The position numbers were made by a program, and so were the translations under genes. The notes beneath the pieces are model-generated. The model did no database searches, was not told where the DNA came from, and saw only the letters and a program-made list of their open reading frames with translations. From an uncultured Pseudomonadota bacterium (GTDB lineage: Bacteria > Pseudomonadota > Alphaproteobacteria > JACZXZ01), in assembly GCA_963842155.1 (NCBI GenBank), contig CAWJFP010000039.1:18321-82320 (forward strand): a DNA stretch of 64,000 bases, written 5' to 3'. Of this stretch, positions 1 through 9,451 are shown piece after piece (position 1 is the first letter of the stretch; every line of letters begins with the position of its first letter).

Positions 1-1807
1 GCTCGACATAGGTGGGCCGGCCGTGATTGCACTGGCCGGAATGGGGCGTCGCCTCCATCTCGCGCAGGATCGCGTCCATCTCGGCGGCCGAGAGGCGGCG
101 GCCCGCGCGCACGCTGCCATGGCAGGCGAGCGTGCCGCAGACCTCGGCGAGCCGCTCCTTGAGCGCATGCGTTTCGCCGAGCTCGGCCAGCTCGTCGGCG
201 AGATCGCGCACCAGCCCCTTGATCTCGCATTCGCCGAGCAGCGCCGGCAGCTCGCGCACCACCACGGCACCAACGCCGAAGGGCTCGATGGTGAGCCCCA
301 GCTCGTAGAGCTCGGCGGCGCGGGCGAGCAGCCGCTCGGCGGCTTGCGGCTCGAGCTCGACGACCTCGGGGATGAGGAGGAGCTGGCGCTTGACGCCGCT
401 TGCCTCGAGCGCGCGCTTCATGCGCTCATAGACCAGCCGCTCATGCGCCGCATGCTGATCGACGATGACGATGCCGTCGGCCGTCTGGGCGACGATATAG
501 GTGCCGTGGAGCTGCGCCCGCGCGGCGCCAAGGGGAAAGCCGCTCGCGCCGGCGGCGGCCTCGGCCTCGCCGCTTGCCATGGCCGCGGCCGCGCTTTCCG
601 CGCCAGGCGCCGAAGGCCGGGTCAGTCCCGGAAGCGAAGCGTCCGAGGGCGACGCCAGATATTGCGCCGCCGCCTCGGCGAAGCCGCGCGGAATGGCGCC
701 GCCGCCGCGGGGATGGGAGTAGCCGCCATGGCCCGCTCCGCCCGCGGGCAAGCTGGCGGGGCGGAAGGCGCCGAGCGCCGCACCCGCGACCGTGGTCGAG
801 GCGCGATGGCCGGCTCCCGCAAGCGCATGCTTGAGCGCGCTCACGATGAGGCCGCGCACCAGGCCCGCGTCGCGGAAGCGCACCTCGGCCTTGGTGGGGT
901 GGACGTTCACGTCGAGCTGCTCGGGCGGCAGCTCGAGGAAGAGGGCGAGCATCGGGCTGCGGTCGCGCGCGAGGAAATCCTGATAGGCGCCCCTGACCGC
1001 GCCGGCGAGCAGCTTGTCGCGCACCGGCCGGCCATTGACGAAAAGATATTGCTGCTGCGCGGTGCCGCGGTTGAGCGTGGGCAGGCCGGCATAGCCGGAA
1101 AGCCTGAGCCCCTCGCGCTCCGCCGCGATGGCAAGCGCGTTCTCGGCGAACTCGCGCCCCATGATGGCGGCGAGGCGCGCGAGCCGCGCGTCGAGCAGGT
1201 CGCCTTCGGCCGCATTGAGCTTGACCAGCGCCCTGCTGCCGTCCGAGAGGGCGAAGGCGACGGCGGGATGGGCCATGGCGAGGCGGTTGATCGCGTCGAT
1301 GGCATGGCCGAGCTCGGTGCGCTCGCTTTTGAGGAATTTGAGGCGCGCCGGGGTGGCGAAGAATAGGTCGCGCACCTCGACCCGCGTGCCGGGCGGCATG
1401 GCCGCGGGCTCGGGCCGGCCTTTCCTGCCGCCCTCGACCGCGAGGCTCCAACCGTTGGCGGCGCCGCGCGGGCGGCTCGCGATCGAGAGCCGGCTGACCG
1501 CGCCAATCGAGGGCAAGGCCTCGCCGCGGAAGCCCAGGGTCGCGATGCGGGTGAGATCCTCGTCCGGCAGCTTGGAGGTGGCGTGGCGCTCGACGGCGAG
1601 GGTGAGCTCCTCGGCCGTCATGCCGCTGCCGTCGTCCGTCACGGCGATGAGGGCGCGCCCGCCTTCGCGTAGGCTCGCCTCGATGCGCCCGGCGCCGGCA
1701 TCGAGGGCGTTCTCGATCAACTCCTTGAGGGCCGCCGCAGGCCGCTCCACCACCTCGCCGGCCGCGATCTGGTTGACCAGATTGGGCGGCAGGACGCGGA
1801 TGGCCAT
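1..1807 (-). CDS. mutL: DNA mismatch repair protein MutL (C-terminal end runs off the window)
   Basis: This minus frame leaves the window, so it is absent from the ORF track. From ATG at 1807 it reads [39 protein letters not shown]...VTDDGSGM...[11 protein letters not shown] (GHKL ATPase motifs). It stays open to position 1. Confidence 0.9.
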   Translation of the reverse strand, partial: MAIRVLPPNLVNQIAAGEVVERPAAALKELIENALDAGAGRIEASLREGGRALIAVTDDGSGMTAEELTLAVERHATSKLPDEDLTRIATLGFRGEALPSIGAVSRLSIASRPRGAANGWSLAVEGGRKGRPEPAAMPPGTRVEVRDLFFATPARLKFLKSERTELGHAIDAINRLAMAHPAVAFALSDGSRALVKLNAAEGDLLDARLARLAAIMGREFAENALAIAAEREGLRLSGYAGLPTLNRGTAQQQYLFVNGRPVRDKLLAGAVRGAYQDFLARDRSPMLALFLELPPEQLDVNVHPTKAEVRFRDAGLVRGLIVSALKHALAGAGHRASTTVAGAALGAFRPASLPAGGAGHGGYSHPRGGGAIPRGFAEAAAQYLASPSDASLPGLTRPSAPGAESAAAAMASGEAEAAAGASGFPLGAARAQLHGTYIVAQTADGIVIVDQHAAHERLVYERMKRALEASGVKRQLLLIPEVVELEPQAAERLLARAAELYELGLTIEPFGVGAVVVRELPALLGECEIKGLVRDLADELAELGETHALKERLAEVCGTLACHGSVRAGRRLSAAEMDAILREMEATPHSGQCNHGRPTYVE

Positions 1808-1823
1808 CAAGCGTCCCTTCGCG

Positions 1824-2390
1824 TCAGAACCAGTCGAAGAGTCCGCCCAGGAAGCCGCTGCTCGAGCCCTCGCCCTTGCGCTCGATGCTGGGCGTCTGGT
1901 CGGCGTTGGAGCTGAAGATGTTGTCGAAGAAGCCGTTATCCTTCTTCGGCGGCGGCGGCGGATTGAGCAAGGCGTTGGTGAAGCCCTGCTCCTCCTGGTT
2001 GAGCGCCTGGGTCTCGGAATCCACTTTGTTGCGCACGGTATTGTTCGGCCGCACCGCGCCTGCATGCTGGAGCAGCGCCGACTCGCCGAGCGAGAGGCCG
2101 CCGCGACGCTGCACCGCGCCGTTGCCGGCCTCCTTGTCGAGACCGAAGACGGCGGCGCGCGCCGAGGCCGCGGCCGACAGGTCGGTCGTCGGCCCGCCGG
2201 TCGCCGGCGGGCGGAGATTATAATCCGGCGGCAAGGTGAGCGGCGGCCGGCGCACCGAATCGTCGTTCACCCCCGGCTGCGGGCCGTTGCCCGCGACCAC
2301 GTTATAGACACCGCGAGCCGTGTCGCAGGCGCCGAGCGCTAGCAAGGCGGCCGCGGCGATGCAAAGCTTGAGTCCCGTTCGCGTAGCCAT
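1824..2390 (-). CDS. Small Pro-rich lipoprotein (DUF3035-like)
   Basis: Internal ATG (2390) of ORF 1824..2867. [22 protein letters not shown] is a signal peptide plus lipobox. The upstream part of the ORF is Arg/Ala junk. Confidence 0.7.
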   Translation of the reverse strand: MATRTGLKLCIAAAALLALGACDTARGVYNVVAGNGPQPGVNDDSVRRPPLTLPPDYNLRPPATGGPTTDLSAAASARAAVFGLDKEAGNGAVQRRGGLSLGESALLQHAGAVRPNNTVRNKVDSETQALNQEEQGFTNALLNPPPPPKKDNGFFDNIFSSNADQTPSIERKGEGSSSGFLGGLFDWF

Positions 2391-2458
2391 CCCCACTCCC
2401 GTCCATCGGCCGCCGCCCTTAAACCGGGCGCGGCCTTGAAGCCCTCGTCGCGCGCATT

Positions 2459-2926
2459 TTAGGACTTTTCGCCCTTGGCAAACAAGGCCTCGGCCAACAG
2501 CAGCACGACGCCGACGGTGATCGCGGAATCGGCGAGGTTGAAGGCCGGCCAATGATAGTCGCCGAGATGGAGATCGATGAAGTCGGTGACCGCCGTCGAA
2601 TAGAGACGGTCGGCCACGTTGCCGATGGCGCCGCCCGCGATGAGCCCGACGGCGGCGGAGACGAGCCGGCTGCGCGCGCGCCATTGCCAGAAGAAGAGCC
2701 AGCCGACGATGACCAGCGCCAGTGCGGAGAGCAGCCACGGTCCCCAGGGCGCGTCGAAGCGGAAGAGGCTGAAGCTGATGCCGCGGTTGCGCGCCAGCAC
2801 GAGGTCGAGGAAGGGTGCCAACTCGACGACGCGCGGCGGATGCATGACGATGGCGAGGATCCACCATTTGCTGAGCTGATCGAGCAGGATCACGAGGAGG
2901 GCGAGGACGAGGGAGAGCCCGGTCAT
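2459..2926 (-). CDS. lspA: Lipoprotein signal peptidase II
   Basis: ORF 2459..2992 has four TM segments and LspA motifs (ARNRGISFSLF, AFNLADSAITVG). ATG 2926 (MTGLSLVL) is preferred because 2992 would overlap the ileS stop. The start is uncertain. Confidence 0.85.
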   Translation of the reverse strand: MTGLSLVLALLVILLDQLSKWWILAIVMHPPRVVELAPFLDLVLARNRGISFSLFRFDAPWGPWLLSALALVIVGWLFFWQWRARSRLVSAAVGLIAGGAIGNVADRLYSTAVTDFIDLHLGDYHWPAFNLADSAITVGVVLLLAEALFAKGEKS

Positions 2927-2975
2927 GCGGGCCGAGCTCCGGCTTCCCCAGGCCGCGCCGAGCGGGCGCGGGCGC

Positions 2976-5822
2976 TCAAGCGGCGGCGACAAGGCCGGTC
3001 ACCACGCCGTGGCAGCGGTCGCAAAGCCCGGGATGGTCGCGATGGCGCCCCACCTCGGGCAACACCATCCAGCAGCGCTCGCATTTGGCGCCTTGGGCCA
3101 ATCCCGGCACCACGCCGATGCCGTCGAGCTCCGGCAGGGTGAAGGCGCCCTCGGGCGGCGGGCCCTCGCGCAGCGTCGCGCCCGAGGTGATGGCGAGCTC
3201 GGCCAAGTCGAGGCCAGCGAGGGCCGCGACATATTCCGCGGTGGCGTAGACAATGGGGTGCGCCTGCAGGCTCGAGCCGATGCGCTTTTGCGCGCGCTCG
3301 ACCTCGAGCGCGCCCGTCACGACGCGGCGCAGCCGGCGCACCATCTCCCATTTCGCGGCGAGCGCCTCGTCGCGCCAGCTCTCGGGCAGCTCGGGGAAGA
3401 GGCGCAGATGGACGCTGCCCTCGGGGTCGGCATGGCGGGCGAGCCAGGCCTCCTCGGCGGTGAAGCAAAGCACCGGCGCGAACCAGGCGGTGAGGCAATC
3501 ATAGAGCCGCTCGAGCACCGTGCGCGCCGCGCGCCGGCGCGGCGAGCTCGGCGCGTCGCAATAGAGCGAATCCTTGCGAATGTCGAAATAGAAGGCCGAG
3601 AGGTCGGTGGCGCAGAAATTATGCAGCTCGGTGAACCAGCCATGGAGGTCGAAATCCTCGACGGCGCGGCGCCCGAGCCGGTCGAGCTGCCACAGGCGAT
3701 GGAGGATCCAGCGCTCGAGCTCGGGCATCGCCGCGGGCTCGACGCGCTCGGCCGGATCGAAGCCGTCGAGATTGCCGAGCAGATAGCGCAGGCTGTTGCG
3801 CAGGCGGCGATAGATGTCCGCCACATGCTTGAGGATCTCGGGGCCGATGCGGAGATCGTCGGAATAGTCCGACCACACGACCCAGAGCCGCAGGATGTCG
3901 GCGCCATATTGATCCACCACCTCCTGCGGCGCCGTCACGTTGCCGAGCGACTTGGACATTTTGCGCCCCAGCTCGTCCATGACGAAGCCGTGGGTGAGCA
4001 CGGCCTCGAAAGGCGCACGGCCGCGCGTGCCGCAGGATTCGAGGAGCGAGGAATGGAACCAGCCGCGATGCTGGTCCGAGCCCTCGAGATAGAGCGAGGC
4101 GGGCCACTTCAGATCGGGCCGCCGCTCGAGCACGAAGGCGTGCGTCGAGCCGCTGTCGAACCAGACCTCGACGATGTCGGTGACGGGCTCGAAGTTCGCC
4201 GGGTCGTGGTCGTTGCCGAGGAAACGCGAGGGCGGGCTCGCAAACCAGGCCTCGGCGCCCTCGCGCTCGAAAATCTCGGCGATGCGGTCGATAACGGCCT
4301 GCTCGCGCAGCGGCTCGCCCGTGCGCTTGTCGACGAAGACGGCGATCGGCACGCCCCAGGCGCGTTGGCGCGAGACGCACCAGTCTGGGCGGTTCTCGAT
4401 CATGGCGTGGAGCCGCTCCTTGCCTTGCGGGGGGACGAAGCGCGTGGCCGCGATGGCGGCGAGCGCCTTCTGGCGCAGATCGTTCGTCTCCATCGAGATG
4501 AACCATTGCGGCGTGGCGCGGAAGATGAGCGGCGCCTTGGAGCGCCAGGAATGAGGATAGGAATGGGTGAGCGGCGCTTGGGCGAGGAGCGCGCCCGCTT
4601 CCCTAAGCGCGGCGATGATCGGCTTTTCGGCAGGCGAGTAATATTTGCCGTTCTTGCCTTGGGCAAGCACGAAAAGCCCGGCGAAGAGCGGCACGCGCGG
4701 CGCATAGCTCCCATCGGCCAGCACCGTCTCGGGCACTTCGATCCCGTGCGCCTGGGCAAGGTCGAAATCTTCCGCGCCATGGCCGGGTGCGGTATGAACG
4801 AAGCCGGTGCCGTCGCTCTCGCTGACATGATCGCCCGGCAGCAGCGGCACGTCGAACTCGTAGCCCCGGCCGCGCAAAGGATGGGCGCAGATCGCGCCGG
4901 CGAGAGCCGCGCCCGGCAGCCGCGCCTTCACCTCGTAGCTGGCGATGCCGGCGGCCTGCGCGAGTGCCTCCATGAGCCGCTCCGCGACGAGAAGCCGCTC
5001 GCCCGGCCGCGCCAGGCTGCCTTCGGCCGTCGCCGTCACCTCGATGGCGACATAGGCGAAGCCCGGCCCGTAGGCGACGGCGCGGTTGCCCGGAATCGTC
5101 CAGGGCGTGGTGGTCCAGATCACGACCGAGGCGCCGGCGAGCGCCGGATCGCCCGCGCGGAGCACGGGAAAGCGCACATGGATCGCGGTCGAGCGGTGGT
5201 CGTGATACTCGACCTCGGCTTCCGCGAGCGCGGTCTGCTCGACGATCGACCAAAGCACCGGCTTCGAACCCTTGTAGAGCCCGCCATTCATGAGGAACTT
5301 GCCGATCTCGCGCACGATCTGCGCCTCGGCGCCGAAGCTCATGGTGGTATAGGGATGGGCCCAGTCGCCCTCGACGCCCAGGCGGCGGAACTCGCCTTTC
5401 TGCACCTCGAGCCAATGCTCGGCGAAGGCGCGACAGGCGCGGCGCAACTCGGCGATCGGCACGTCGTCCTTGCGCCTCCCCTCGGCGCGATATTGCTCCT
5501 CGATCTTCCACTCGATGGGCAGGCCGTGGCAGTCCCAGCCGGGCACGTAGTTGGCGTCCTTGCCCAGCATCTGCTGCGAGCGGTTGACCGCGTCCTTGAG
5601 GATCTTGTTGAGGCCGGTGCCGATATGGAGATGGCCGTTGGCGTAGGGCGGCCCGTCATGGAGGATGAATTTCTCGCGCCCGGCCGAGGCGATGCGCAGG
5701 CGGCGATAAAGATCGAGCGCATTCCAGCGCGCCAGCCAGTCGGGCTCGCGCTTCGGCAGGTCCCCCCGCATCGGAAAATCCGTGCGCGGGAGGAAGACGG
5801 TCGCTCGATAGTCGGTGGCCAT
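2976..5822 (-). CDS. ileS: Isoleucine--tRNA ligase
   Basis: 948 aa with class I HIGH (PPYANGHLHIGT) and KMSKS (GRKMSKSLGN) motifs and a C-terminal Cys-rich Zn module (CERC...CDRC). Classic ileS-lspA pair. Confidence 0.97.
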   Translation of the reverse strand: MATDYRATVFLPRTDFPMRGDLPKREPDWLARWNALDLYRRLRIASAGREKFILHDGPPYANGHLHIGTGLNKILKDAVNRSQQMLGKDANYVPGWDCHGLPIEWKIEEQYRAEGRRKDDVPIAELRRACRAFAEHWLEVQKGEFRRLGVEGDWAHPYTTMSFGAEAQIVREIGKFLMNGGLYKGSKPVLWSIVEQTALAEAEVEYHDHRSTAIHVRFPVLRAGDPALAGASVVIWTTTPWTIPGNRAVAYGPGFAYVAIEVTATAEGSLARPGERLLVAERLMEALAQAAGIASYEVKARLPGAALAGAICAHPLRGRGYEFDVPLLPGDHVSESDGTGFVHTAPGHGAEDFDLAQAHGIEVPETVLADGSYAPRVPLFAGLFVLAQGKNGKYYSPAEKPIIAALREAGALLAQAPLTHSYPHSWRSKAPLIFRATPQWFISMETNDLRQKALAAIAATRFVPPQGKERLHAMIENRPDWCVSRQRAWGVPIAVFVDKRTGEPLREQAVIDRIAEIFEREGAEAWFASPPSRFLGNDHDPANFEPVTDIVEVWFDSGSTHAFVLERRPDLKWPASLYLEGSDQHRGWFHSSLLESCGTRGRAPFEAVLTHGFVMDELGRKMSKSLGNVTAPQEVVDQYGADILRLWVVWSDYSDDLRIGPEILKHVADIYRRLRNSLRYLLGNLDGFDPAERVEPAAMPELERWILHRLWQLDRLGRRAVEDFDLHGWFTELHNFCATDLSAFYFDIRKDSLYCDAPSSPRRRAARTVLERLYDCLTAWFAPVLCFTAEEAWLARHADPEGSVHLRLFPELPESWRDEALAAKWEMVRRLRRVVTGALEVERAQKRIGSSLQAHPIVYATAEYVAALAGLDLAELAITSGATLREGPPPEGAFTLPELDGIGVVPGLAQGAKCERCWMVLPEVGRHRDHPGLCDRCHGVVTGLVAAA

Positions 5823-5926
5823 GCTCGGTCGCGGGCGGCTGATAGGCTAGGGAGGTGCCGGGAGGGGCGGATGTTAGGGACGCCCCCTTGGAGCGTCAAG
5901 GCGCGCCGCCACGTCGAGCCTCGAGT

Positions 5927-6766
5927 TCAGAGTCGGCCGACCATGATCGGGCAGCGGTCACCCATCTCGTATCTCGGCAAATGGCGGTCGAGGAGCGAAA
6001 CCCCTTCGGCTTCCAGCATGGCAATCAACTCGTCGAGGGTGGGAAAGTTTAGTCGTACCTGTTTGCCTCGAAAGAGCTCGATGGTCCGGACCACTTCCGG
6101 CCGCCAGCCGCATCTCTCCGATAGCCCTTCGACTTCGGACTCGAGCCGGCGCCAGAATCGCCAGACCTCATCCAGCGTTACGCCCTCTTCCGGGCGGGAT
6201 TGCAGTGCCATGGCCAGACGAAACTTGAAGGCGTGAAAGCTCCCGGCTGCGCCGGTTTGCGCGGTCTGGAAAAGCGCCGGGATGCTTTCCGGAATGGCCG
6301 GACGGGCAAAGCTGCGCAAGATCAGGAGGGCTCGCGGGCGCGCCAGCACGGCCAGTCTTGCCAGCAATCGCCGCATCTCTCCCGGATACCTCAAGGCGTT
6401 GATGCTGCCGTCGCCGATCACCATGTCGTACGGCCGCGCGGGCCGGGGGAGCGCGAACCAATCGTCGCACAGCGCATGGCGTAAACCGGGTACGTCGCCG
6501 GGCCACACGCTTGTGACCATTTCCTGCGCTTTATCGACACCGGTGACGACCGTCCGCGCGGGCCATGACATGGTCGCTATCTCGGGCGTAACACCGAGTA
6601 TGAGCGCCGTGCTTGCGGCATCCGGGGGGGTGTCCGAATAGGCATTGATGAAGCGCAGGAAAGCGGTCAAGTCCTCGCCGCAAGGGCGCAGAGGCGACGA
6701 GTAGAGGTCCCAGCTCCGAGCCGTAGAATTCCAGTGTGCGCGTCCGTACTCGTCGGCCAGTGACAT
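5927..6766 (-). CDS. Class I SAM-methyltransferase-like protein, paralogue A
   Basis: 279 aa with a Rossmann-type MTase-like core (ALILGVTPEIA..VTGVDKAQEMV..MVIGDGSINAL..RALLILRSF) but no canonical GxGxG. Same length as, and clearly paralogous to, 6986..7825. Confidence 0.7.
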   Translation of the reverse strand: MSLADEYGRAHWNSTARSWDLYSSPLRPCGEDLTAFLRFINAYSDTPPDAASTALILGVTPEIATMSWPARTVVTGVDKAQEMVTSVWPGDVPGLRHALCDDWFALPRPARPYDMVIGDGSINALRYPGEMRRLLARLAVLARPRALLILRSFARPAIPESIPALFQTAQTGAAGSFHAFKFRLAMALQSRPEEGVTLDEVWRFWRRLESEVEGLSERCGWRPEVVRTIELFRGKQVRLNFPTLDELIAMLEAEGVSLLDRHLPRYEMGDRCPIMVGRL

Positions 6767-6769
6767 CGA

Positions 6770-6920
6770 TTATCGCCCTTGTTCCAGCCGTTCGAGCGCC
6801 GCTCGGTGAGCGCGAGGATCGATCTCGGTTTCCGGATCGGGATAAAAGTCGGAGTCGAATTCGGCTGCTTGCCGCTCGGGCTCGCTTGGATCTCGTCCAC
6901 TTCGACGATGCGCAGCAGCG
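6770..6920 (-). pseudogene. Dead duplicate of the 3' end of the adenylating-ligase gene
   Basis: Encodes ...DEIQASPSGKQ then, after a 1-nt deletion near 6862, EFDSDFYPDPETEIDPRAHRAALERLEQGR. This copies the last ~45 codons of 7829..9289, and there is no upstream gene body. Confidence 0.85.
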
Positions 6921-6925
6921 ATAAA

Positions 6926-7980
6926 GCGGATGTTATGGACGCCCCCTCGGAGCGTCAAGGCGCGCCGCCACGTCGAACCTCGAGTTCAGAGCCGGCCGAC
7001 CATGACGGGGCAGCGGTCGCCCATCTCGTATTTCGGCGAGTAGCGGTCGAGGAGCGAAACCCCTTCGGCTTCCAGCGTGGCAATCAACTCATCGAGGGTG
7101 GGAAAGGTCAGTCGCATTTGGTTGCCGCGAAGGAGTTCGATGGTCCGGACCACATCCGGCGGCCAGCCGCATCGCTCCGACACGCCTTCGACTTCGGCCT
7201 CAAGCCGGCGCCAGAGCTGCCACAGCTCGTCCATACCGACACCCTCGTCCGGGCGCGGCTGCAGTGCCATGGCCAGACGGAACTTGAAGGCGTGAAAGCT
7301 CCCGGCCGACGCGGATTGCGCGGCCTGGAAAAGAGCTGCGATGCTTTCCGGGATGGCTGGACGCGCAAAGCTGCGCAAGATCAGGAGAGCTCCAGGGCGC
7401 GCCAGCTTGCGCAGTTTTGCCAGCAATCGCCGCATCTCTCCCGGATACCTCATCGTGTTGATGCTGCCGTCGCCGATCACCACATCGTACGGCCGCCCAG
7501 GCCGGGGGAGCGCGAACCAATCGTCGCACAGCGCATGGCGTAAACCGGGTACGTCGCCGGGCCACACGCTCTTGACCATTTCCTGCGCTTTATCGACACC
7601 GGTGACGACCGTCCGCGCGGGCCATGACATGGTCGCTATCTCGGGCGTTACTCCTAATATTAGCGCCGTGCTTGCGGCATCCGGGGGGATGTCCGAATAG
7701 GCATTGATGAAGCGCAGGAAAGTGGTTACGTCCTCGCCGCTAGGGCGCACTGGCGAGGAGAAGAGGTGCCAGCTCCGAGCTCTGGAATTCCAGTGTGTGC
7801 GTCCGTACTCGTCGCCATGCGGCATCGATTATCGCCCCTGTTCCAGCCGTTCGAGCGCCGCTCGGTAAGCGCGAGGATCGATCTCGGCTTCCGGATCGGG
7901 ATAAAAATCGGAATCGAATTCCAGCTGCTTGCCGCTCGGACTCGCTTGGATCTCGTCCACTTCGACGATGCGCAGCGGCG
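6926..7980. repeat. Tandem duplication unit B (about 1.06 kb)
   Basis: Partner of 5867..6920. Homology stops at 7980, where the intact ligase gene continues. Confidence 0.9.
6986..7825 (-). CDS. Class I SAM-methyltransferase-like protein, paralogue B
   Basis: 279 aa, same motifs as paralogue A. Its ATG lies 3 nt after the ligase stop (CGATAATCGATG). Confidence 0.7.
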   Translation of the reverse strand: MPHGDEYGRTHWNSRARSWHLFSSPVRPSGEDVTTFLRFINAYSDIPPDAASTALILGVTPEIATMSWPARTVVTGVDKAQEMVKSVWPGDVPGLRHALCDDWFALPRPGRPYDVVIGDGSINTMRYPGEMRRLLAKLRKLARPGALLILRSFARPAIPESIAALFQAAQSASAGSFHAFKFRLAMALQPRPDEGVGMDELWQLWRRLEAEVEGVSERCGWPPDVVRTIELLRGNQMRLTFPTLDELIATLEAEGVSLLDRYSPKYEMGDRCPVMVGRL

Positions 7981-9289
7981 TCTTATCGCTGCCGGCGATC
8001 GCCGTCCAGACCCGCATCAGCCGTTGGGAGAACTCCGGCGACATGCCTCCCGCGGAACGCACGCGCAATTCGAAACTATGATCGCGAAACTGATGGAGTT
8101 GATATTGGCGCAGGGGCCTCAATAGCTCGATAGGCATCGCCTCTATTGCATCGAGCAGGGAATAGTGACGCTCGCGGGTGCCCTCCGGCAGGTAGCCGAA
8201 GCGGCGAAACCGTCCGGCGATTTCGCCGATCACCGGGAGGTTACGCCCGCAGGGGCAGGGCAAGATCGCCGCGCGCGCGACGTCGCCGGTATCGTAACGG
8301 ATGAGAGGCATCGCCAGGTTCTGCAGCGCCGTAACCAGCACGCGCCCGAGCTGGCCGGCCGTGCAGGCCGCGCCTCGCGCGTCGACCACCTCGACGATGC
8401 AATGCTCGACATTGATGTGATAGAGCCCCGCCTCGCAGCGTACCGCCACGGCGCCGATTTCATTCAAACCGTAGGCATCGTGGAGGGGCGAGCGATAGAT
8501 GCGCTCGACCTGGCGACGGGTCGATGGAGCCGTGCTTCCCGCACTGCTGAATAAGGCGGAAATCGAATCGGCCGGATTGGCACAATCATTGGCATAGGCC
8601 AGTTCCTCGAGGACATTCGAATAGGTCGCGAGATAGTTGGGTTGGATTTCCTGCAACCAGCGAAGTTGTTGCCCCATCGAATTCCACACGTTAAATCGAT
8701 AACCCGGTCCGGTTTCGAAATAATTCCCCAAATAATCCCACCTTTCGGTTCGCCATACCTCCCCACTTTGCAGCAATGCGCCGTTCTTGCGCGGAAAGTG
8801 GCTCGGTATTTTGATGGAGCATGACACGCCTCTGGGGTCGACGCGCGCCCAGCGCCGCCGACGGTGGGCAAGGATGCCGAACATCGCATCGCTTTGCCGT
8901 GTCGCTAAGACCTTTACCGGACGGCCGGTGGTGCCGGAGGACTGAGTGACAGCGAATATCTCTGTGCCTTGCGGCAGCGCCCGTGCACGCATTTCGTCGA
9001 ACTGATCGATAACCTCCTGCTTCGAGAGGATCGGCAGCCGCGGCAAATCCTGCTGCCCTTTGATATCCGCCGCCTGCAAGCCGAGGGCTTCGAAACGCGC
9101 GCAATAAAATGGAACATGCTTGCCGGCGATGGCGAGTATTTGCGCCAGACGGCGATCTTGTTGGGCGAGGAGAGTCTCGGGCGCGGCAAACTCGTTTGCG
9201 ATCAACGCAGTGAACCAACGACCATCGGCATTTCCGGGCCGCAATCGCCAACGGGACAGCTCGGCTTCCTCTTGGGCACGCGTGCTCAT
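7829..9289 (-). CDS. PaaK / coenzyme F390 synthetase-like adenylate-forming ligase (ANL superfamily)
   Basis: 486 aa with ANL core motifs in order: TQSSGTTGRPVKV, DAYGLNEIG, IRYDTGDVA, IGEIAGRFRR, ASPSGKQ. GC3 is visibly lower than in flanking core genes. Confidence 0.8.
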   Translation of the reverse strand: MSTRAQEEAELSRWRLRPGNADGRWFTALIANEFAAPETLLAQQDRRLAQILAIAGKHVPFYCARFEALGLQAADIKGQQDLPRLPILSKQEVIDQFDEMRARALPQGTEIFAVTQSSGTTGRPVKVLATRQSDAMFGILAHRRRRWARVDPRGVSCSIKIPSHFPRKNGALLQSGEVWRTERWDYLGNYFETGPGYRFNVWNSMGQQLRWLQEIQPNYLATYSNVLEELAYANDCANPADSISALFSSAGSTAPSTRRQVERIYRSPLHDAYGLNEIGAVAVRCEAGLYHINVEHCIVEVVDARGAACTAGQLGRVLVTALQNLAMPLIRYDTGDVARAAILPCPCGRNLPVIGEIAGRFRRFGYLPEGTRERHYSLLDAIEAMPIELLRPLRQYQLHQFRDHSFELRVRSAGGMSPEFSQRLMRVWTAIAGSDKTPLRIVEVDEIQASPSGKQLEFDSDFYPDPEAEIDPRAYRAALERLEQGR

Positions 9290-9301
9290 GGCGCGACGGA
9301 G

Positions 9302-9451
9302 TTATTGACCCAGACTATCGACCGCTGTCCATGCGATCGACCAACCAGCCTGTCCTGCACGGAATTCCTGGCCAAATTCTTCATCGATATCATCGTTGTC
9401 GCATTGTACCACAAGCGCGCGGGGAACGATCCGCCGGCCGTCAATAGTCAA
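9302..9451 (-). CDS. Candidate 49-aa acidic peptide (MTIDGRRIVPRALVVQCDNDDIDEEFGQEFRAGQAGWSIAWTAVDSLGQ)
   Basis: Open frame filling the gap between the DUF2877 gene and the ligase. TTG 9451 overlaps the upstream TGA as TTGA, with an alternative GTG at 9412. TAA falls 12 nt before the ligase ATG. No clear SD, so this rests on coding-context evidence only. Confidence 0.35.
   Translation of the reverse strand: MTIDGRRIVPRALVVQCDNDDIDEEFGQEFRAGQAGWSIAWTAVDSLGQ

Larger units (their letters stand above)
5867..6920. repeat. Tandem duplication unit A (about 1.06 kb)
   Basis: Aligns with 6926..7980 at offset 1059-1060. Shared strings include gcggatgtta(g/t)ggacgccccc...gagcgtcaaggcgcgccgccacgtcga and tctcgtccacttcgacgatgcgcagc. 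Confidence 0.9.

Noticed and set aside
2925-6236. 1103-aa plus-strand ORF, the longest in the track
   Set aside because: It is antisense to ileS, which has unambiguous HIGH/KMSKS motifs. Its composition is Ala/Arg/Gly/Leu shadow typical of high-GC antisense frames, and no motif is recognisable. The same reasoning rejects 23..1366(+), 10602..11693(-), 12481..13956(+), 27611..29014(-), 31534..32916(+), 36734..38548(+), 44193..45620(+), 52196..53614(+), 53406..55088(+) and 55942..58341(+).
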